Positions 58,550-64,000 of a DNA stretch of 64,000 nt are shown here, in pieces (the first letter of the stretch is position 1; the number at the start of each line of letters is the position of its first letter). The translations under genes were made by a program, and so were the position numbers. Location: the NCBI GenBank assembly GCA_019057385.1, contig JAHQJS010000007.1, positions 160,001 through 224,000 of the forward strand, read 5' to 3'. This DNA comes from Candidatus Borrarchaeum weybense. Lineage in GTDB: Archaea > Asgardarchaeota > Sifarchaeia > Borrarchaeales > Borrarchaeaceae. The notes beneath the pieces were generated by a model. The model did not search any database. It had not been told where the DNA came from and saw nothing but the letters and a program-made list of their open reading frames with translations.

Positions 58550-61480
58550 TTACAAATCTAAAGTAATGTCATCAAACAATTTTCGTTTCCCAATAACAGT
58601 TAAAATTAAGCCAATGCAACTCACTGCGCTGATTCGAACGCCTAAAGAAACCGTAGCTAGATTAAGACCTTTTACGACTGTGAGATTATACTCTAGTTGT
58701 GAGGTTTGGTAACCCGATTTTTCGACAGTGACAGTCAATAGGTATTCACCTGGAGTTAACTCTGAAGTATCTAGCACTGCTTTATAGATGCCTGGTTCGA
58801 CTTCTTGACATTCGAGTGTATAATTGGTGTTCAATGTGATAGTAACATGGGCTTGCTCGATCGGGGCACCTTGGTCATCGTTAATTGTCACAATAATTTC
58901 TTTTTTAGTATTTGAGTTGAGTTGGATGTTATTTTCCAAGTTAACTGTCACTAGTAATGATGCTGTTTCAGTTGATGAGCCATTTCCCCCTCCGTTGTCG
59001 TCATTTCCGCTACTTCCATTGCTGCCGCCATCTCCATCTCTCGGGTTGTCAGTGTCTTTGGTTTCAAGTGAGATATTAGTCCCTATATATGCATCGGCGA
59101 TGGTTATCCCATAGCACAGCCCCGAACTGCCACCCTGAGGGGAGTTGGCATCTTCAGTAAAACTGGCGTGATACCAGTAGGTTTCCTGTGCGCCGATTAA
59201 GGCGTTGGACATCCCCAGAGTATCGCTTGAGGTGGCCACCATCTGTCTGGAGGCCGCATTCACCAAGTCCGCCCGGTTTTGTAACTCAACATCACTAAGG
59301 TAGTTGGCCAGTTTCTGCAGCGCATAACTGCTACCGTAGGCCGGTCGTAGGGCGTTGAGTTCCACTGAGGTGGCGAATGCTCCTTTGGTCTTGAAATTGT
59401 GGTCTCCCAGCCGTGAACTACCGGTGAAGGGAACGTTCCAGGCGTATTGCCAGGTTATCAGCCACTCGGCGGTCAGGTTTGCTTTGGTCAGGTAGAGGGT
59501 ATTATCGGTCAGTTCGTAAAAGCGAAGTAGGCCCTTGAGCATATATTCAGCAGTTTTAGAATCGATGATATGCTTTTTGTAGCCGTAACTAAAGTCGTAG
59601 CGCCCGGTATCCACCCCAAAGAAGCGGGCCTTATCTACAAATTCGGTGATGTAATGATTCATGGCCAGCATCGCAGCGTCCGAATAGGTGGTATTGCCGG
59701 TTAGCGTAGCTAATTCCATCAGGCTCAAGGCAACAGTTACGCCGCCGGCTCCTGCGATATCGTTGCAACTGGAACTGATGCCGTTGGTCCAGGTGTTGCC
59801 AAACGTCCCGTTAGCAAACTGCTTGACCACAAATATGTTGATAGCTGCTTCCACATATGCTAGCCAGTCGGGGTGGCTATCACCATACTGTTCTGCCACT
59901 AGATAGCATTGCAGCAGGTTGTATAGTACCTCTCCGCTTTTGGAGGTATGTACGTCGCCGCCGTGATCTCGTGCGTTAGCATACGAGGTATTGGTCTCCA
60001 GGTAGTAATCGGGTAATAGCCAGCCGTACTCACTCAGCGTAACGGCCGAGGGGTTACGGCTCAGGTCAATGAATTCATCGATTATCTGGTTGGCAGTAAC
60101 AATCATGGAAGTGTTCCCTGTCTGATAGCCATAATAAAGCAACGCATATGCCAGGGCGTGTTGTTGCCCCAGTTGACCGCCTATGGAGCCGCTGCTTCCG
60201 CCTATGAATTCCACGGGGGTTCCATCGTTGAAAAAGCCCGCTAAGAACAAGTATTCGTTATCAGTATCATTTTTATGATAAAAGGTGCGGTAGGCGAGTT
60301 CGGCTTTGAGTTGTAGGACATCTTGCATGCTTAACGTGGGATTGGTCGCCGAATAATTACCGTTAATCCAAGCCCACCCCAGTTGTACCGGTTCGATGAA
60401 CCCGTAATTCGGGGTAGTTGTCATACCCAGATAGAGCCGGTAGGTTTTGTTGAGAGTGGTAGTGGCATCGACGGTCAGGGAGTTCTTGTTGAAGGCCCAC
60501 TCATACTGGTCACGGCAACCTGGATTATCCTGATTTATTTGCTGGTTTATATGTTTAGTATAGGTATATCCTTCTCGTTGTGAGCCACCACTGGTCCAAC
60601 CACCTAAATAGTTGATGAGGTCGAAATGATCATCATGCCCTTGATATCCCAGTGAGGAGTTACCAGTATGCTCCTGTCCATCATACACATAAGTAGGAGC
60701 GGTCAGTAAGCCACACACAAAATCATCGTATTCCCAGATAACTGCCGGTACGCTAAGGCGTTCTTGCTCCACGATGAGATACTGGGACTGGTTGCTTAAA
60801 TCAGACATGGGGAAATCAGGTGTTACCTGCCGCTCTGCGGTATTCAAGTCGTATAAATTGCCGTTATAAAAGCAGCCGGGCATCATCAAGGTGTCAGCTT
60901 TACGTGGGGTAATTGCTCCGGGGTAAGTGATTGATAAATTGAATGGTAGTAGCACTGCTTCTTCCACCGAATTGTTCAAATGTTCCCAGTGCCGTTCGAT
61001 CTCCACATAATCCCACCCGTCCCGGAGGGTGTAATAATCGGTGACCTGCCACAAATGGCCGTTAGCGTCTGTGATGGTGACACATTCCTGATAAAATTCT
61101 TCCCAACTGACATCCACCTGTTTAGGATAGATTTCTCTGATGGTGTACTTCGTAACGGGCGATTGCGAGGTATCTGGGGCTATCGAAACTTGGAAATGAC
61201 CCATGGTGGCAATTTCAGTCCAGTCATTCCCATCCCACACGAAGAAGTAGGGTAAATAGGTGATTTGTTGTCCCGGGGGATTCTCCAGCCGTTCCTCAGT
61301 CATGAAACTGATGCGGATCCGCCCATTATCGATGGTAGGATCCATAAATCCATCACCGTTATAATCGGTTGTCCCATCAAAGGAGATGTCGGCCTTGGCC
61401 TGCGGACTATAAAAGGGTAAACCGAGTAATAACATCCCTATGAGGAACAAAACACTATATTTTGCAGAATGAGGCACCAT
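58550..61480 (-). CDS. Membrane-anchored secreted (alpha/alpha)6-barrel glycoside-hydrolase-like protein with Gly linker and Ig-like stalk
   Basis: Signal peptide; six-hairpin patterns (LL..Y..TG, Q..NG.F, L.ELA.LTGN..Y..AA, YELTDN..YL..A); GDGGSNGSSG linker; Ig-like domain; C-terminal TM + KRK. Confidence 0.7.
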   Translation of the reverse strand: MVPHSAKYSVLFLIGMLLLGLPFYSPQAKADISFDGTTDYNGDGFMDPTIDNGRIRISFMTEERLENPPGQQITYLPYFFVWDGNDWTEIATMGHFQVSIAPDTSQSPVTKYTIREIYPKQVDVSWEEFYQECVTITDANGHLWQVTDYYTLRDGWDYVEIERHWEHLNNSVEEAVLLPFNLSITYPGAITPRKADTLMMPGCFYNGNLYDLNTAERQVTPDFPMSDLSNQSQYLIVEQERLSVPAVIWEYDDFVCGLLTAPTYVYDGQEHTGNSSLGYQGHDDHFDLINYLGGWTSGGSQREGYTYTKHINQQINQDNPGCRDQYEWAFNKNSLTVDATTTLNKTYRLYLGMTTTPNYGFIEPVQLGWAWINGNYSATNPTLSMQDVLQLKAELAYRTFYHKNDTDNEYLFLAGFFNDGTPVEFIGGSSGSIGGQLGQQHALAYALLYYGYQTGNTSMIVTANQIIDEFIDLSRNPSAVTLSEYGWLLPDYYLETNTSYANARDHGGDVHTSKSGEVLYNLLQCYLVAEQYGDSHPDWLAYVEAAINIFVVKQFANGTFGNTWTNGISSSCNDIAGAGGVTVALSLMELATLTGNTTYSDAAMLAMNHYITEFVDKARFFGVDTGRYDFSYGYKKHIIDSKTAEYMLKGLLRFYELTDNTLYLTKANLTAEWLITWQYAWNVPFTGSSRLGDHNFKTKGAFATSVELNALRPAYGSSYALQKLANYLSDVELQNRADLVNAASRQMVATSSDTLGMSNALIGAQETYWYHASFTEDANSPQGGSSGLCYGITIADAYIGTNISLETKDTDNPRDGDGGSNGSSGNDDNGGGNGSSTETASLLVTVNLENNIQLNSNTKKEIIVTINDDQGAPIEQAHVTITLNTNYTLECQEVEPGIYKAVLDTSELTPGEYLLTVTVEKSGYQTSQLEYNLTVVKGLNLATVSLGVRISAVSCIGLILTVIGKRKLFDDITLDL

Positions 61481-62235
61481 AATCCCCGTAAATCTTTGAA
61501 TTATGCATTACAGTTAGCATTCTCTGTCTTCCAGCGACCTATATAAGTCCCCCTAAAACTCTAACTAGTCTAACTTGCCGTATGAAAGTAAAGTGATGAG
61601 AGCCAAAATAGAAAATCTAGTATATAGAAATGAATAACTTTGAAGAAATTCATTATAGTTACGAGAAAATTAAGAATACTCATATTGCATAACCGACAAA
61701 ATGTATGCTGTTCTCAAAATCGGTGACATGTTTTTTCATACAAAATACTTTTCTAAAAGTCTTATAGTCTGCCTCTCGTGAACTTAAAGAAACTTAAATC
61801 AGAATTCTTGATAAAATTAACAATAATCGCATAAAAAGAATTGTTTCACTTACACAGCACTCCCACTGTTAGTTTAAATCTAAGCTATCGCAGTATAAGA
61901 TAAATAAAAATCACTTGTATCTTATCGAAAAGTAAAAGCGTCTGCTATTTGATAATTGTGTTGTCCTTATATAGAGCCATTAAAATAAAGAGATGTAACC
62001 ATACGTTAAATGTGATAGTAGAGTGGAATAGATCGTCGATATAGAGTTGACGGTGTTGCATACTTAAAATATGATATACTCTAACTGTCAGAACAAACAC
62101 GTGGATAAGGGGGCTGTAATAGCCTTAAGAACAGGAGTAATACTTAAAGAAAAACTCAAATAAGGATATGCCGACTCAGATCTTATAAAAATCTATTGTC
62201 AAGAATAAGAAACGTTATTTAGAAGGAAAGAAAGA
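61481..62235. other. Long AT-rich intergenic region upstream of cdc6 (divergent promoters; weak oriC candidate)
   Basis: 755 bp without a 60-aa ORF, adjacent to cdc6; G-strings near 61549 and 62109, but no convincing repeated ORB. Confidence 0.3.
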
Positions 62236-63435
62236 ATGTTACTATCCGATATCTTCGAAGAGGAATTGAGAAGTCCAACAGTATTTAGGGACGAATCTAA
62301 ATTAAACGAATCATATATGCCATCTTCTTTACCTCATAGAACTTCTGAGCTCCGAGAGTTGATTCGCCTATTTTTAGGTTTGATGAAAAATCCTGGTGAA
62401 ATGAGTCAACGAGTTACTATTAGTGGAAGTATCGGTACTGGAAAAACGGCGCTTTCTAAATGTTTTGGAAAAATCTTGGAAGAGTATGAAACAACACATA
62501 ACAAGAATTTACATTATGTTCATATTAATTGTCGACGTAAAAAATCACGCTTCTTAATACTCAGGCAAGTTGTATTTCATTTCAATCCTACAGTGCCCCA
62601 TAGAGGTTATTCACCAGAAGAACTACTTTACATGCTTGATTGCTTATTGGAGTCACAAAATGCTCATTTAGTTCTAGTACTCGATGAACTTGATTTTATT
62701 TTAGGTAGAAATGACAGATCTCTTCTCTATGATCTAACACGATGGACTGATGAGCAATTAAATGGCGTTCAACGTGTATCCCTGATACTCATTGTAAGGG
62801 ACAGGGCTTATCTGAAGAAGTTAGATGCAAGTACACTGAGTTCACTTCAAAATAATCATATCTATCTAGCGCCTTATTCTGCTTCTCAACTTGTGGATAT
62901 TTTACAGGAGCGGGCAACTGAAGCATTGTTTGACTACGCAGTCAATTCTGAGGTTCTCAATCTCATTGCCGATATTGCCAGTGAACGAGGTGATGCTCGT
63001 TTTGCTCTGGAACTCTTATGGCGCGCCGGAAAATATGCTGACCGTGATAGAGTCCCCTCTATTCTTCCAGAGCATGCTCGACTGGCCAAAGCTGATGTTC
63101 ATCCGCGCGTTAGAAAAGATTTCTTTCATGAATTGTCACCACATCAGCAATTAGTATTATTGGCTATTATCCGCCAATTGAAAAAACACGAAGCCGCCTA
63201 TACGACCACAGGAGATGTTGAAATCAACTACAATGTTATCTGCGAAGAATATGATGAAACTCCACGAAAACATACCCAACTGTGGGAATACATTAAAGAA
63301 CTTGAACAATTGGGCATTATCACAACTAAGATCTCCAGCAAAGGTATACGTGGTAAAACCACTTTAATTGGATTGCCAGATGCACCACTGTCCCTACTCG
63401 AAAAAGAACTTCAAAATAATCTAAAAGAGTATTAA
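62236..63435 (+). CDS. cdc6: Orc1/Cdc6 AAA+ protein
   Basis: Y.P..LPHR, GSIGTGKT, HINC, VLDELD, PYSASQL.DIL..R, GDARFAL.LL and C-terminal wHTH (HTQLWEY...GIRGKTT). Confidence 0.96.
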   Translation: MLLSDIFEEELRSPTVFRDESKLNESYMPSSLPHRTSELRELIRLFLGLMKNPGEMSQRVTISGSIGTGKTALSKCFGKILEEYETTHNKNLHYVHINCRRKKSRFLILRQVVFHFNPTVPHRGYSPEELLYMLDCLLESQNAHLVLVLDELDFILGRNDRSLLYDLTRWTDEQLNGVQRVSLILIVRDRAYLKKLDASTLSSLQNNHIYLAPYSASQLVDILQERATEALFDYAVNSEVLNLIADIASERGDARFALELLWRAGKYADRDRVPSILPEHARLAKADVHPRVRKDFFHELSPHQQLVLLAIIRQLKKHEAAYTTTGDVEINYNVICEEYDETPRKHTQLWEYIKELEQLGIITTKISSKGIRGKTTLIGLPDAPLSLLEKELQNNLKEY

Positions 63436-63456
63436 AAATAAGGGAGTATATAAGAA

Positions 63457-63783
63457 ATGACGCTTGATTTGTCAAATATTCTTACTCAACAAGAACCATT
63501 TCCACCTATAGAAGAAGTGCTTTCTTCAAAAGGAAAAATTAAAATTCTAAAGATTTTAACCCTTTACGATGAATTAAACATCTCTGAGATCGTACGAAAA
63601 GCGCAACTTAACCATGCCACTGTTACTCAACATCTTGATTACTTTAAATCCATCGCAATTGTAGAAGAAAAAGCATTTGGACGAATAAAAATCTATCAGT
63701 TAACAGATGACATAAAAGTCAGAGTCATTCGTGAATTAATAGAATTCTGGGAACGATCAGAGTCCTCATCCGCATTAAAATGA
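63457..63783 (+). CDS. ArsR-like winged-helix protein downstream of cdc6
   Basis: SSKGKIKILKIL...ELNISEI...LNH.TV.QHL...FGRIKIY. Confidence 0.85.
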   Translation: MTLDLSNILTQQEPFPPIEEVLSSKGKIKILKILTLYDELNISEIVRKAQLNHATVTQHLDYFKSIAIVEEKAFGRIKIYQLTDDIKVRVIRELIEFWERSESSSALK

Positions 63784-64000
63784 TAATGCTGTAATTGATG
63801 AACTAAAAGCGTTCCAGCATTAGAAATCAATTATTTTTTCCTTTGAGTGAACAGAAGTTTGTGTATGAAGTGCTATTGCCTTCAAAGAAAATTGTGGTGC
63901 TTAAATAGTAGACAATATACTTTTTAATGAATAATAATGAGTTCGTGGACTTTACAGCCGAAAATTGATAAAAATCTTATTTTGATGAGGCGGGAATTGT

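Noticed and set aside
61481-62235. Definite replication origin next to cdc6
   Set aside because: No repeated ORB (TTCCAGTGGAAA-type) boxes were found, only isolated G-strings, and the Cdc6 may belong to a non-initiator clade. Kept only as a low-confidence feature.
1-64000. tRNA or rRNA genes
   Set aside because: No cloverleaf with a T-loop or rRNA-like GC-rich non-coding tract was recognised; the GC-rich stretches are protein-coding.

Overview
AT-rich (about one third GC by eye) archaeal chromosomal window, very probably from an Asgard archaeon. It carries Rab-like and Arf-like small GTPases, longin-type domains, SDS22-like LRR proteins, V4R-like proteins, TFB, Orc1/Cdc6 and archaeal GGTGA/GGAGG ribosome-binding sites. 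In order: a partial glutamine-synthetase-family gene; a five-copy V4R/ATC-hydrolase-like array split by a DUF433-PIN toxin-antitoxin pair; assorted housekeeping and transport genes; an orphan A/V-ATPase C-K(c)-AtpI-like trio; a stand-alone truncated HdrA; a four-module LRR protein; two paralogous surface proteins with cytoplasmic longin domains (one a probable pseudogene) followed by a Rab-like GTPase; two paralogous secreted proteins with a membrane-bound wHTH regulator; an intact IS605 (tnpA+tnpB); an E1a/E1b/E2/lipoate-ligase operon; an MMPL transporter; a GC-shifted operon (Arf-like GTPase, NPRL2-like longin/wHTH protein, corrinoid protein, UROD-fold methyltransferase); an SF1 helicase; a pilin-like/TFB/Tad-ATPase cluster; a chimeric membrane-anchored glycoside-hydrolase-like gene; and cdc6 plus a wHTH gene. 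The best candidates for an undescribed system are the GTPase-longin-corrinoid-methyltransferase operon (47676-51187) and the longin receptor-Rab pair (25217-29167). A family of about 45-nt single-hairpin IS605-derived mini-elements is also present. No rRNA, tRNA or CRISPR array was seen. All family assignments come from motif recognition by eye; no searches were run.
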